The notes below the pieces were generated by a model, which worked only from the letters and a program-made list of their open reading frames with translations, did no database searches and had not been told where the DNA came from. Below are positions 17,618-27,291 of a stretch of DNA of 64,000 nt, one piece after another. The DNA is from Candidatus Marinacidobacterales bacterium. GTDB taxonomy: Bacteria > Acidobacteriota > Vicinamibacteria > Marinacidobacterales > SMYC01. Each line of letters starts with the position of its first letter. The stretch's first letter is position 1. The translations under genes and the position numbers were made by a program. The stretch covers positions 160,001-224,000 of the forward strand of contig CBDCYI010000004.1 in the NCBI GenBank assembly GCA_965224085.1, in the 5' to 3' direction.

Positions 17618-19342
17618 CTACCCTTCGAGGTGTTTGTAGTGGTCCAAGTGGCGCACGGGCTTGCTGAGTGCGTCCCGCCGGAACGGTTCGGCAAGCACGT
17701 TCTCGCCCCCCTCGATCACGGCTTCGATGACGCACGGTTTCTCCGAAGCCACCGCCTGCTGCACAGCATCTTGAACTTCCTGATAGTCCTCGACGCGAAT
17801 CCCTTTCGCACCCATGTCTTCAGCAAGCCGCGCGTAGCTAGGGCTCTTCGAAAGGTCGGTGCCGACGAAGCGATTGTCGTAGTAGTCGATTTGGTTCTTC
17901 TTCTCGGCGCCCCATTCGTGATTCTGGAAAATAACGGCGATGACCGGGATGTCCTCGCGCACCGCCGTCATGACTTCCGAGAGCCCGCTGATGCCCCATG
18001 CGCCGTCGCCTTGGAGCGCGAAAACCGGACGCCCCGGCGCGCCGATTTTCGCGCCGAGCGCGGCGCCATAGGCGAAGCCGCAATTGCCCCAGGAAAGCGC
18101 GGGGAAGAACTGCCGGGGGCCGGTGAACTTCAAGTAAGCGTTCGACATCGAGCAGTTGTTGCCGACGTCGGTCGTGACGATGGCCGCCTTCGGGATCGCG
18201 GCCGCGAGCTCGCGCAAAAATCGCCTCGGGTGCATGAGCTTCGCCGTCGACGACGAGGTGGACTCGAGCTCTTCGTCCCAAGAGCGTCGCGCGGCTTCGA
18301 CCTCGTCCATGCGCTCACGATTGGGCACGAGCTCCCATCCGCTTCGAAGCGACGAAAGGAGCTCGGCCGCGAACGCGCGCGCGTCGGCGAGCACCGCCAT
18401 CTCGACCCGTTGGGTCAAGCCGAGCATCTTCGGATCGATGTCGACTTGGATGACTTTCGCGTCTTTGGGCCAATACTCGATGTCGTATTGCGGCAGCGTG
18501 CCGAAAGGACCGAGCCGGCTGCCGAGCGCGAGCACAACGTCGGCCTTCCCCATCGTGCGCATGGCAGCTTTCGATCCGCAATAGCCGATCGGCCCGACAG
18601 AGAGCGGATGGTCCGCAGGAAACGAATCGTTGTGCAAGTAGCTATTGACGACCGGCGCCGACAGGTGCTCAGCAAGCGCACGGGTCTCATCGACAGCATT
18701 TCCCATCGAAACGCCGCCGCCCGCAAGGATGACGGGATAGCGAGCCTTCGCAAGAAGCGCCGACGCTTCTTCGATCTGCTCCCGCGGCCCCGCGCCACGC
18801 GCAAGTTCCGGCGTTTTATAGATCTCGTCTTCACACGACCCGTAGAAATAGTCCCGCGGAATGTTGAGTTGGGTCGGACCGTTCTCGGCCTTCGCCATGT
18901 AGAAGCAGCGCCGTGCGAGCTCGGCCATCCGGTCGGGCCGGTTCAAGCGTACTTGATACTTCACGCTCTTTTCGAACATCGACATTTGGTCGAGCTCTTG
19001 AAAGCCGCCTTTGCCGATCCCGCCTGAGCCCGTCTCGGGCGTCAGCGCCACAACCGGCGAGTGCGCCCAAAGGGCGGCTGTGACCGCGGAGACGAGGTTG
19101 GCGATCCCAGGCCCGTTCTGAGCAATGCACGTCTGCGGGCGGCCGGTGACGCGCGCCAGGCCGTCCGCAGCATGCGCCGCCGCCTGCTCGTGAGCGACAG
19201 AGATGAAGCGGATGCCCGCATCGGGAAACAAATCGAGCGCGTCCATGAACGCGGAGCCGACGAGCCCAAAACAGACCTCGACGCCTTCGGCGCGCATGGT
19301 TTCCACGAGAGCTTCGCTCGGCGTCATCTGGAGCTTTGCCAT
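17618..19342 (-). CDS. xsc: Sulfoacetaldehyde acetyltransferase (ThDP-dependent)
   Basis: MTPSEALVE, GLVGSAFMD, GYCGSKAAM, FGTLPQY, GDGAWG, WGAEKKNQ, EPFRRDAL. Confidence 0.92.
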   Translation of the reverse strand: MAKLQMTPSEALVETMRAEGVEVCFGLVGSAFMDALDLFPDAGIRFISVAHEQAAAHAADGLARVTGRPQTCIAQNGPGIANLVSAVTAALWAHSPVVALTPETGSGGIGKGGFQELDQMSMFEKSVKYQVRLNRPDRMAELARRCFYMAKAENGPTQLNIPRDYFYGSCEDEIYKTPELARGAGPREQIEEASALLAKARYPVILAGGGVSMGNAVDETRALAEHLSAPVVNSYLHNDSFPADHPLSVGPIGYCGSKAAMRTMGKADVVLALGSRLGPFGTLPQYDIEYWPKDAKVIQVDIDPKMLGLTQRVEMAVLADARAFAAELLSSLRSGWELVPNRERMDEVEAARRSWDEELESTSSSTAKLMHPRRFLRELAAAIPKAAIVTTDVGNNCSMSNAYLKFTGPRQFFPALSWGNCGFAYGAALGAKIGAPGRPVFALQGDGAWGISGLSEVMTAVREDIPVIAVIFQNHEWGAEKKNQIDYYDNRFVGTDLSKSPSYARLAEDMGAKGIRVEDYQEVQDAVQQAVASEKPCVIEAVIEGGENVLAEPFRRDALSKPVRHLDHYKHLEG

Positions 19343-19494
19343 TCGTTTTCTCCTTAAATGTAATGCTCGCGCGCTCCTCGCGCGCTCGCCCAGTGTGCCG
19401 TCGGCCCATTCGGGCCGGGCTCGCTCCGAGAGGCACTGCGCGACCACTGTGCTACAGTTCATCGCACGTTCGAGGTGGTCCCGTCAAGCCGGAC

Positions 19495-20100
19495 ATGCAT
19501 GAACAACGCGTAGAGCTCGAGAAATCACTTCGCCCGCTGCACGTCGCGTCGCTGGCACTCGGGTGCATCATCGGCTGGGGCTGTTTCGTTCTAGCCGGGG
19601 ACTTCCTTGCACGCGCAGGACCGCTCGGCGCCACCATCGGACTTCTCGCGGGCGCAGCTTTGATGCTGCTCATCGTCGAAAGCTATGGCCCGCTCGTCGA
19701 GCGATTCCCCGTCGCCGGCGCCGAGTTCGCGCACGCCTACTACGCCGCGGGGCGCTACCACGCCTACCTCTGCGGCTGGTTCCTGACGCTCGGCTATCTC
19801 TCGATCATCCCGCTGAACGCAACGGTGCTCGCGCTCCTCGGGAAATTCCTCGCCCCCGAGCTCTTCGCCCGCGGCCTCCTCTATAGCGTCGCAGGATGGA
19901 ACGTCTATCTCGGAGAAGTGCTCCTGGCGTCAACCGCGATCCTCCTCGTTGGTTACTTCAACTACCGCAGTGTCCGAAGCGTCGGCGTCTTCCAGCTCGT
20001 ACTCACGAGCGTCCTCGTTGGCACCGTTGTGCTCATCGCCATCGGCACTTTCCTATCACCGGGGAGCGCGGTCGAGAATTTTCGTCCATTGTTCACGTCC
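19495..20100 (+). pseudogene. APC amino-acid permease, 3' half missing
   Basis: LEKSL..LGCIIGWGCF, PVAGAEF; similarity ends near ENFRPLFT after about 5 TM. Confidence 0.7.
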
Positions 20101-20286
20101 GGAGACATAAGCCATAGCGAGAAAGACGGCTCCCGTGCCGCTGGCTGCGTTTGCGAGGGTGAACAGATCGGCGACATGGAACGAGCGAATCATAGAGAAG
20201 CGGCGTGTCACCCTTGGATCTTACGCGACTCGGGACGGGCCAACCAACTTCCGACATGAGCCCTCGAGGATCGCTCGAGTGACCTG

Positions 20287-20682
20287 CTAGGCCTCTTGAA
20301 CCTCGCGGCGAAGCTCAGCCGCTAGCTCAATCCCACTCAGCCCCAGAAGAATTACGACAAATGCCCAAAGAATCACGGCGCCATGCGGCGTCAGGTCAAG
20401 GCGACCAGAAAGCAACCAGGCGGCCAGCGCGATACCGAAGCAAGTATTGATGGTCAATGCCCCGCCCAGGCCAAGACCGCTGATCTTGGCCCCCCGTCGC
20501 GGGAGCTCCATGAGAAGAGCGACGCCAATACCAAACAAGACGGCGCCAAATAGACTCGGATAGAAACGGTGTTCGATTCCAGGAATCCCGAGCCAAGCAG
20601 TGAGTCGCATCGGTAAGACAATCAGAAGCCAGCCGAGAACTACGTTGCCAATGCCATCAACGACGAGAAGTTCCTTCTTCAT
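20287..20682 (-). CDS. Hypothetical membrane protein
   Basis: GAGGAGG RBS; 4 hydrophobic segments, FYPSLFGAVLFGIG. Confidence 0.7.
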   Translation of the reverse strand: MKKELLVVDGIGNVVLGWLLIVLPMRLTAWLGIPGIEHRFYPSLFGAVLFGIGVALLMELPRRGAKISGLGLGGALTINTCFGIALAAWLLSGRLDLTPHGAVILWAFVVILLGLSGIELAAELRREVQEA

Positions 20683-20805
20683 GATCATCCTCCTCATGGA
20701 TATATACAGCTCTGCTTGTCGGTTGTCACGTTCGCCGCCCGGAAAAGCCAAGCCGTGCTCGTTGCGTCGAACCGCCGAGGCCGGCATCATGGAGAAAGGT
20801 CTCCG

Positions 20806-21045
20806 ATGTTCGACCCCAGCAAAGAACAACGGCAAGGCGCTTGGATCGTACTGGCACTCTACGGTGCTGCGGCGGCTGTTCCGCCGCTCGCTTCTCACTG
20901 GATGACGCGCGAGCTCCACTCGGGCTCGGGGCCGCATAGCGGGATGGGCCTACCTTTGGTTCTGGGCGGCCTCGCGTTCGTCGGGCTGGCGAGCCTCGCA
21001 CTTGGGCTGGTGGGAACGATCCTCGTCATCTACGGGGCCGTTTGA
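20806..21045 (+). CDS. Small hypothetical membrane protein
   Basis: GAAAGG RBS-like site; two TM segments; abuts next ORF. Confidence 0.5.
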   Translation: MFDPSKEQRQGAWIVLALYGAAAAVPPLASHWMTRELHSGSGPHSGMGLPLVLGGLAFVGLASLALGLVGTILVIYGAV

Positions 21046-21693
21046 ATGACGATGCACGGGCCCGTCTATCTGCTGACCAGTCTTCTCGCCACGTTTCTGG
21101 CTCTCACTCCCGTCCTCATGGGCTGGAACGAGCTCAACGAGCCTTGTGCACGTGCCGATTTCGACCCCGGCGATTGCACGGCCTGTGCCGTGGAGGGAGC
21201 GTGTGTTCTGCCTTGGGGAGGCGCCTCCATCGGAATCAAATCGGTAGGGGAGTGCCGCTCCGAACGCCGACACGGTGAGTGGATTTTTCGTGACAAGGAA
21301 AAACACAAGATCGCGTCCTTTGCATTCGCAAACGGTGTGCGCCATGGGCCCTTCGAGACGAACACGATTCGCGGCGCTTACGCCAACGGATTGCGCGACG
21401 GCGATTGGTCGTGGCACCAATTCGAGCGGACCCAGAAGCTAGGCCGCTACGTCGAGGGACTGGCCGACGGACGCTGGGCATGCTTCGACCGCGTTGGTGA
21501 GGAGGAGCTCTCGTGGGTGCTCTTCGATCGGGGCGAAGTGTTGGAGGGAAATGGAAACGTCTATCTCGATGGATACATTGAGTCGGCGGTTAATGCGGCA
21601 GGGAAGCTCGTCCCGGCCGGCATTTTTTGCGACGATGCCGAGCCCTCCGACATGGTCTTCGGTCGCATGTTCGAGTTTCGATCGGGATCTTGA
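21046..21693 (+). CDS. Hypothetical protein with MORN-like repeats
   Basis: RHGEW, NGVRHGPF, NGLRDGDW, EGLADGRW repeats. Confidence 0.6.
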   Translation: MTMHGPVYLLTSLLATFLALTPVLMGWNELNEPCARADFDPGDCTACAVEGACVLPWGGASIGIKSVGECRSERRHGEWIFRDKEKHKIASFAFANGVRHGPFETNTIRGAYANGLRDGDWSWHQFERTQKLGRYVEGLADGRWACFDRVGEEELSWVLFDRGEVLEGNGNVYLDGYIESAVNAAGKLVPAGIFCDDAEPSDMVFGRMFEFRSGS

Positions 21694-21789
21694 ACGAGCA
21701 TTCGAGCGACCCACTGTCTTGCGGTCACGACGCGCACGTGCTAGCGTGCCGGGAAGTGATGCGACCCATGATTGAGGTATAGCCCAGAC

Positions 21790-22077
21790 ATGAACTCGCT
21801 GGCGCGGTTTCGGCAGTCCCCACGGTGGCTGGTTCTGCTGATCGGCTTCGCAGCGCTAACGGTCACCACTGCTTCGCTCGTCCCTCACGACGCGGGCAAA
21901 AGCGAGGACTTGGATTGTCTCGTCTGCGGCGCAGGTCGCCAGCCACTTACCGCATTATCGGCCGTGTCTCTTGCCCAGCCACTTCTGGCCCTCACTGCAC
22001 CGACGCCCGGCTACCGGGTCATGTTTACGTGGGTCCCGGTCATCGGTTCCGGGTCGCCGCGCGCCCCTCCCGCGTAA
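21790..22077 (+). CDS. DUF2946/CruR-like leader protein (CxxC plus C-terminal RAPP)
   Basis: TM segment, PH...DCLVC, ends SPRAPPA; 62 bp upstream of a TonB receptor. Confidence 0.7.
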   Translation: MNSLARFRQSPRWLVLLIGFAALTVTTASLVPHDAGKSEDLDCLVCGAGRQPLTALSAVSLAQPLLALTAPTPGYRVMFTWVPVIGSGSPRAPPA

Positions 22078-22139
22078 CTCCCTCTCCACCCAGGCTCGCT
22101 TTCAGGTGAGTCGGGGAATTTTGAACAGGGAGTAGTTGT

Positions 22140-24434
22140 GTGAGATTTCCTATTTTGTTGTTGTCGACGTACATAGCGATCGGATTTGGATCCGACGCTC
22201 TGGCGCAGGACAGCGGAACCGTGACCGGTACGGTAACACTCGAGGCGACCGGTGAGCCCGTTCACGGGGCCGTGGTGCTCCTCATCGGCCTCGGGCAATT
22301 CACGACGACGGATGGCTACGGACGCTACACGATTGCGAACGTGCCACCGGGAATGTACCAACTGCTGGTCGAGCGGGAGCATTTGACGGCGGAGCGGCAA
22401 GACGTCACGGTTGGCGCGGACGAGGCCGTGGAGCTTTCGGTAACGCTAGCGCTCTCGCCCTTCCACGAACAAGTCACAGTAACAACGAGCGTTCGCGGTG
22501 AATCGACCGCGCTCGAGCAGTTCAATGCGGTCACCTCGCTGGATTCCTTCGAGCTGTCGAAGGACATGCAGGGAAACATTGGTGAAGCCCTCCAGAACGA
22601 GGCCGGAGTCGCGAAGCGAAGCTTCGGCCCCGCGCCGAGCCGGCCTATCATTCGCGGCTTCGACAACGATCGCGTGCTCATCATGAACGACGGGACCCGC
22701 ACCGGCGACCTCTCGAGCCAATCGGCCGACCACAACGTGACGATCGATCCAGCGAACCTCGAGCGCATCGAGATCGTCAAAGGGCCGGCAACCCTCTTGT
22801 ATGGATCCAACGCGGTTGGCGGCGTCGTGAACGCGATCAGTCCGCAGGACAGCTTCCGACGCTCGCAACCACAAGGGCTGAGGGGTCAAGTAGTGTTCGA
22901 CGCCGGCTCCGCGAACGCGCAGTTGGGCGGCAACGCCAACTTCAGGTATGGCAGCGGTCGGTGGATGGCGTGGGGCGGCGGCGGCACACGGAAGACAGGC
23001 GACTACGATACTCCAGCAGACACGGTCAAAAACTCCCAATCGGAACTGACCAATGGCAGCGTCGGCACCGGTTATTACGGGCCGCGGGCGTTCATGAGCG
23101 TGGGATACGGCATCGAGGACGGTCGTTTCGGCATCCCGGGGGCCGCCGAGCTTCACGGCCACGACGATGACGGTGAACGCGAAGACGAGGCGTTTTTTCT
23201 CGACAACGAGCAGCGGCGGCACAACCTCCGCTTCGACGTCGGCGTTCAGGAGCTGACTGATAGCCTCGGCGTCAACATTCTCAACTCCGCGCGCGTTACT
23301 ATTCAGCGCATCGACTACAACCAAAACGAGCTCGAGATCGAAAGCGGTGTCGAAAGCATTGGGACCACCTTCAACAACGACATCTATCTCCTCCGAGCGG
23401 AGCTCGAGCAAGCAAGGACGTCGAATCTATCCGGAAGGTTTGGTCTCTGGTACAAGAACCGCGACTACGACGTCATTGGAGCGGAGGCGCTCGCACCGCG
23501 CACCAAGCAGAACGCTCTTGCCGGCTTTGCTTATGAAGAGCTCACGGTTGGACCCGCCTTGACGCTCTCCTTCGGAGCTCGCGTCGAGCACAACGCCTAT
23601 GACCCACAAGCGCGGCTCGCGCCAGCTGAGTCCGACGGGCGCGATGAAGAACCCCCGCCGGCGATCCCTCGCTCATTCACTGGCTTGTCTGGCTCATTCG
23701 GACTGCGCTACGACTTGACGAGCTCGGCCGCGCTCGTCGGCAACATCACGACGTCGCACCGTCCTCCTGCGCTCGAGGAGCTCTACAACTTCGGTCCTCA
23801 TATCGGAAACCTCGCCTTCGAGGTCGGTGATTCGACGCTCGAGCACGAGCGCATCAATGGTCTCGACGTCGGCATCAAAGCGCGGACCAGCAGTGTCGAC
23901 GCGAACTTCAACGTTTTCTACTACGACATGGACAACTTCATGTTCTGGTCGTTCCAGGACGAGATCGTAGACGGGCTCCGGCTCGCGGAAATCCGGCAGG
24001 ATGCGGCTCGGTTCGTCGGGTTCGACGCGCAAGCGAATTTCCGGCTCAGCAAATTCCTGTGGCTCAAAGCCGGGTTTGGCCTCGTCAACGCCAAGCTGAC
24101 GGAAATCGACGAACATGTGCCGAGGATTCCCCCGTTTCACGGACGCGTGGAGCTCGAGATTCCTTGGAATGCCTTGACGGTCACCCCGGAGCTCGTCTGG
24201 TCGGCGAGTCAAGACAAGATCTTCAGCGTGGGCGAGACTGAAACGGACGGCTATGCTGCTTTCAACTTCAAAGTGCAGTACACGCTCGCGCGAACGCATT
24301 CGGCGCACATTTTCTCGGTCAACGCCTACAACTTGACGAACGAGCTCTACCGGATGCACACGAACTTCATCAAGGAGCTCGCGCCGGAGATCGGGCGCGG
24401 GATCAAGTTCACCTATTCGCTGCGCTTCTTTTAG
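22140..24434 (+). CDS. TonB-dependent receptor (ZnuD-like metal uptake)
   Basis: Signal peptide, carboxypeptidase-reg-like domain, plug RPIIRG..SADH, IEIVKGPATLLYG, His/acidic loop, terminal Phe. Confidence 0.9.
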   Translation: MRFPILLLSTYIAIGFGSDALAQDSGTVTGTVTLEATGEPVHGAVVLLIGLGQFTTTDGYGRYTIANVPPGMYQLLVEREHLTAERQDVTVGADEAVELSVTLALSPFHEQVTVTTSVRGESTALEQFNAVTSLDSFELSKDMQGNIGEALQNEAGVAKRSFGPAPSRPIIRGFDNDRVLIMNDGTRTGDLSSQSADHNVTIDPANLERIEIVKGPATLLYGSNAVGGVVNAISPQDSFRRSQPQGLRGQVVFDAGSANAQLGGNANFRYGSGRWMAWGGGGTRKTGDYDTPADTVKNSQSELTNGSVGTGYYGPRAFMSVGYGIEDGRFGIPGAAELHGHDDDGEREDEAFFLDNEQRRHNLRFDVGVQELTDSLGVNILNSARVTIQRIDYNQNELEIESGVESIGTTFNNDIYLLRAELEQARTSNLSGRFGLWYKNRDYDVIGAEALAPRTKQNALAGFAYEELTVGPALTLSFGARVEHNAYDPQARLAPAESDGRDEEPPPAIPRSFTGLSGSFGLRYDLTSSAALVGNITTSHRPPALEELYNFGPHIGNLAFEVGDSTLEHERINGLDVGIKARTSSVDANFNVFYYDMDNFMFWSFQDEIVDGLRLAEIRQDAARFVGFDAQANFRLSKFLWLKAGFGLVNAKLTEIDEHVPRIPPFHGRVELEIPWNALTVTPELVWSASQDKIFSVGETETDGYAAFNFKVQYTLARTHSAHIFSVNAYNLTNELYRMHTNFIKELAPEIGRGIKFTYSLRFF

Positions 24435-25240
24435 CTTGGCTTCACTTGGTTTCTTAAGCGGTCCAGCCGCAGTCGATGGCGCTCGTCGAAAAGACGCCGC
24501 GCCGTCAACGCGACCGACACGAAAACCCCGAAACCCGTACCCGCGGCGACGAGAAACATGATCAAGATCTGATATTTCACCGCTTCGACGGGCGGACTTC
24601 CCGCGAGGATCTGTCCCGTCATCATCCCCGGCAAGCTCACGAGCCCCGCCGCGGCCATCGAGTTCAGGATCGGCACCATCCCCGTTCTTACGCTTTCGCG
24701 TCTAAGATCGAGCGTCGCTTCTTCCCGCGACTGGCCGAGTAGGAGCCGTCCCTCGAGCACGCGTTTTTCCCGATACGCCACTTCGGTGAAACGGCCTGTC
24801 CCGAGCGCAACCCCATTCATGGTGTTTCCGAGAAGCATTCCGAGAAGCGGTATCGCGTATTGCGGCTGGTGCCAAGGCGTCGCGCCGATAACGGCCACGA
24901 GCGCGAAGACCGTGATCGAGAACGACGAGATAAACATGGAGAGCGCCCCGACGGAAAAGCCCCAAGCGCCTGCGAGCGGTCGCGTTTGACGCGCCCGCAC
25001 TTCCCTTCCCGCGGCCAAGAGCATGACCATCGCGATGGCCACGAGCCAAAGGAGCTCTTCGCTCTCAAAGAGCGTTCTAAGCACGAACCCCACGAGCATG
25101 AGCTGTATCGTCGTGCGCGTTGCGGCCAATAGGATCGAGCGCGTCAGACCGAGCGACGACCATAGGCTGAGCCCGGCGAGCGCGAGGACGAGGCCGGCGG
25201 CGATGGCGAGGTCGGTGGCGCCGAGCGAAATGACTCCCAT
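24431..25240 (-). CDS. fetB: FetB/UPF0014 ABC permease
   Basis: QYAIPLLGMLLGN, GLVSLPGMMTGQILAG, AVKYQILIM. Confidence 0.85.
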   Translation of the reverse strand: MGVISLGATDLAIAAGLVLALAGLSLWSSLGLTRSILLAATRTTIQLMLVGFVLRTLFESEELLWLVAIAMVMLLAAGREVRARQTRPLAGAWGFSVGALSMFISSFSITVFALVAVIGATPWHQPQYAIPLLGMLLGNTMNGVALGTGRFTEVAYREKRVLEGRLLLGQSREEATLDLRRESVRTGMVPILNSMAAAGLVSLPGMMTGQILAGSPPVEAVKYQILIMFLVAAGTGFGVFVSVALTARRLFDERHRLRLDRLRNQVKPS

Positions 25241-25244
25241 GGTG

Positions 25245-25841
25245 TCAGGCCGCCACCAAAAGTCCGTCGCGGAGTTCAAAGTGGCGCGAGGCGACCCGTC
25301 GCGCTTGCTCGCGGTCGTGGCTCACCCAAATCACTGGTGCCTCTTTGCCGCGACAGAAGCGCTCCACGAGTGCTTCGACCCGGGCGACATTGTCGGCATC
25401 GAGGCTCGCGGTTGGCTCGTCCAGCAAGAGAGCTTCCGGTCCAATCGCGAGGAGCCGCGCGAGCGCGAGACGCTGGCGCTCGCCTGTCGACAACCGATGC
25501 ACGTCAAAGCCGAGAATGTCGCGATCGAAGCCGAGCGCCAAAAGCTCATCGCCGCTATATCCCGCGGGAAAGTGCGGTGCCACGTCGTCCGCCCACCACG
25601 CGCTCTCCGGCGGAAGCATACCGAGACGCCGTCGCCACTCCGGCGCGGGCGTCGCCGCGCAGGGCGTTCCATCGAAGCGCACACTTCCCTCGTGAGCGTC
25701 GAGGTCTGCGAGCGCTCGTAGGAAGAGTGTTTTGCCCGAGCCGGACGCGCCCATCACCGACACGCATTCGGAAGACTCGATCGTGAGGTCGATCGGACCT
25801 CTAGAGAGGAATTGCAGCGCTTGAATCTCGAGTCGGCTCAT
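25245..25841 (-). CDS. fetA: FetA-like ABC ATPase
   Basis: GASGSGKT, LSTGERQR, LLLDEPT. Confidence 0.85.
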   Translation of the reverse strand: MSRLEIQALQFLSRGPIDLTIESSECVSVMGASGSGKTLFLRALADLDAHEGSVRFDGTPCAATPAPEWRRRLGMLPPESAWWADDVAPHFPAGYSGDELLALGFDRDILGFDVHRLSTGERQRLALARLLAIGPEALLLDEPTASLDADNVARVEALVERFCRGKEAPVIWVSHDREQARRVASRHFELRDGLLVAA

Positions 25842-25902
25842 CACGACGAACTCTACACCGCCTCTTTGACAGCGCCAAAGCCCTCCCGTAGGCTTTCGCG
25901 CG

Positions 25903-27291
25903 ATGCGAAAAACGGTCTATCTCGCCATCGGGGTCGCGGTCATGCTCGGTGTCTACATTCTGCCGGCGCCGCCGCCGGTGGGCGACGCCCAGCTCACCCT
26001 TGAAGGCAAAGCTTGCCTGGCCGTCCTCGCCTTCGCCGTGGTGCTCTGGATCTCGGAAGCACTACCCTTCGCCGTCACGTCGCTCTTCGTGCTTCTCCTG
26101 ATACCGGCGTTTGGCGTCGAAGACTATGCGGCCGTCGTACGCACCGGTTTCGGCAACCCTATCATTACGTTCTTTCTCGGTGTCTTGTTGCTTTCGGCCG
26201 CGTTCAGCCGCTCGGGTCTCGGCCCCAGGCTCGCGCTCAACATCTTGCGCCGGGTCGGCACTCGAACGGATCGCGTACTCCTCGGGTTCCTCGTCGTGGG
26301 CGCCGCGCTCTCGATGTGGATTACAGATATGGCGGTCGCGGCGATCCTTCTCCCGCTCGGGGTGGGTGTCCTGCAGGATGCCGAGCTGAAGCCTCTCGAG
26401 AGTAATTTCGGTCGGGCGCTCATGATTGCCTGTGCCTTCGGACCGCTGATTGGCGGCATCGCGACGCCCGCCGGAACCGGTGCCAACCCCATCGCACTCA
26501 GCTATTTCAAAGAGCTCGCGGGCGTCGAGATCTCGTTTCTCGAATGGATGCGCTACGGCCTCCCCGCCGCCGCTCTCATGATCCCCATCGCTTGGCAAGT
26601 GCTGCTGCGGATTTTTCCTCCCGAGCTCGAAAAGCTGCCCATGGACGCGTCTGAGCTCGAGAAAAAGCTCGCCGCCCTCGGCCCGCTTACGCCCGCGGAG
26701 CTCAAGACGCTCGCCGTGTTCGGCATGACCATCACGCTGTGGCTCGCGACCTCGCTTCCGATCCAGGGGGTCGCACTCTTCGGCGGCATCACGCTCTTCC
26801 TACCGGGGATGAACGTGATGGGCTGGAAGGACGCGCAGCGGGACGTCGACTGGGGCGGCATCCTTCTTATTGTCGCCGGCATCTCGCTCGGGATGATGGT
26901 CTACGAGACGGGGGCGGCGGAGTGGATCGCTCTGGCCTTGATGGGGCGCATGGGCGACGTCCCCGCGATCTTTCGGCCTTTTCTCATCGTGCTCGGCGTG
27001 GCGTTGCTGCATCTGTTCTTTTCCAGCAACACCGTGACGAGCACGATCATCATGCCCATCCTCATCGCACTCGCCGCGAGCCTTGCGCTCGACCCGTGGA
27101 CACTCGCGGGTCCCGCGGCGTTTACGTCTTCCCTAGCTTTCATCCTCGTAACCGAGAGCCCGACCAACGTGATCCCTTATTCCTCCGGCTATTTCTCGAT
27201 CCGCGACATGGCCAAAGCGGGGATCGTCATGACTTTCTTCGCCGCGATCTGCGTCGCGGTTTCCATTCTCGTCATGGGAGCGTTCGAATGA
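25903..27291 (+). CDS. DASS/SLC13 anion transporter
   Basis: LWISEALP, ATPAGTGAN, VDWG, SSNT, SPTN; ATGA overlap with sauS. Confidence 0.9.
   Translation: MRKTVYLAIGVAVMLGVYILPAPPPVGDAQLTLEGKACLAVLAFAVVLWISEALPFAVTSLFVLLLIPAFGVEDYAAVVRTGFGNPIITFFLGVLLLSAAFSRSGLGPRLALNILRRVGTRTDRVLLGFLVVGAALSMWITDMAVAAILLPLGVGVLQDAELKPLESNFGRALMIACAFGPLIGGIATPAGTGANPIALSYFKELAGVEISFLEWMRYGLPAAALMIPIAWQVLLRIFPPELEKLPMDASELEKKLAALGPLTPAELKTLAVFGMTITLWLATSLPIQGVALFGGITLFLPGMNVMGWKDAQRDVDWGGILLIVAGISLGMMVYETGAAEWIALALMGRMGDVPAIFRPFLIVLGVALLHLFFSSNTVTSTIIMPILIALAASLALDPWTLAGPAAFTSSLAFILVTESPTNVIPYSSGYFSIRDMAKAGIVMTFFAAICVAVSILVMGAFE

Noticed and set aside
16694-19027. 777-aa + strand ORF and similar long antisense ORFs (e.g. 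40057-41382, 58261-59769, 37554-38804)
   Set aside because: Shadow frames opposite well-supported genes in high-GC DNA; no recognisable motifs.
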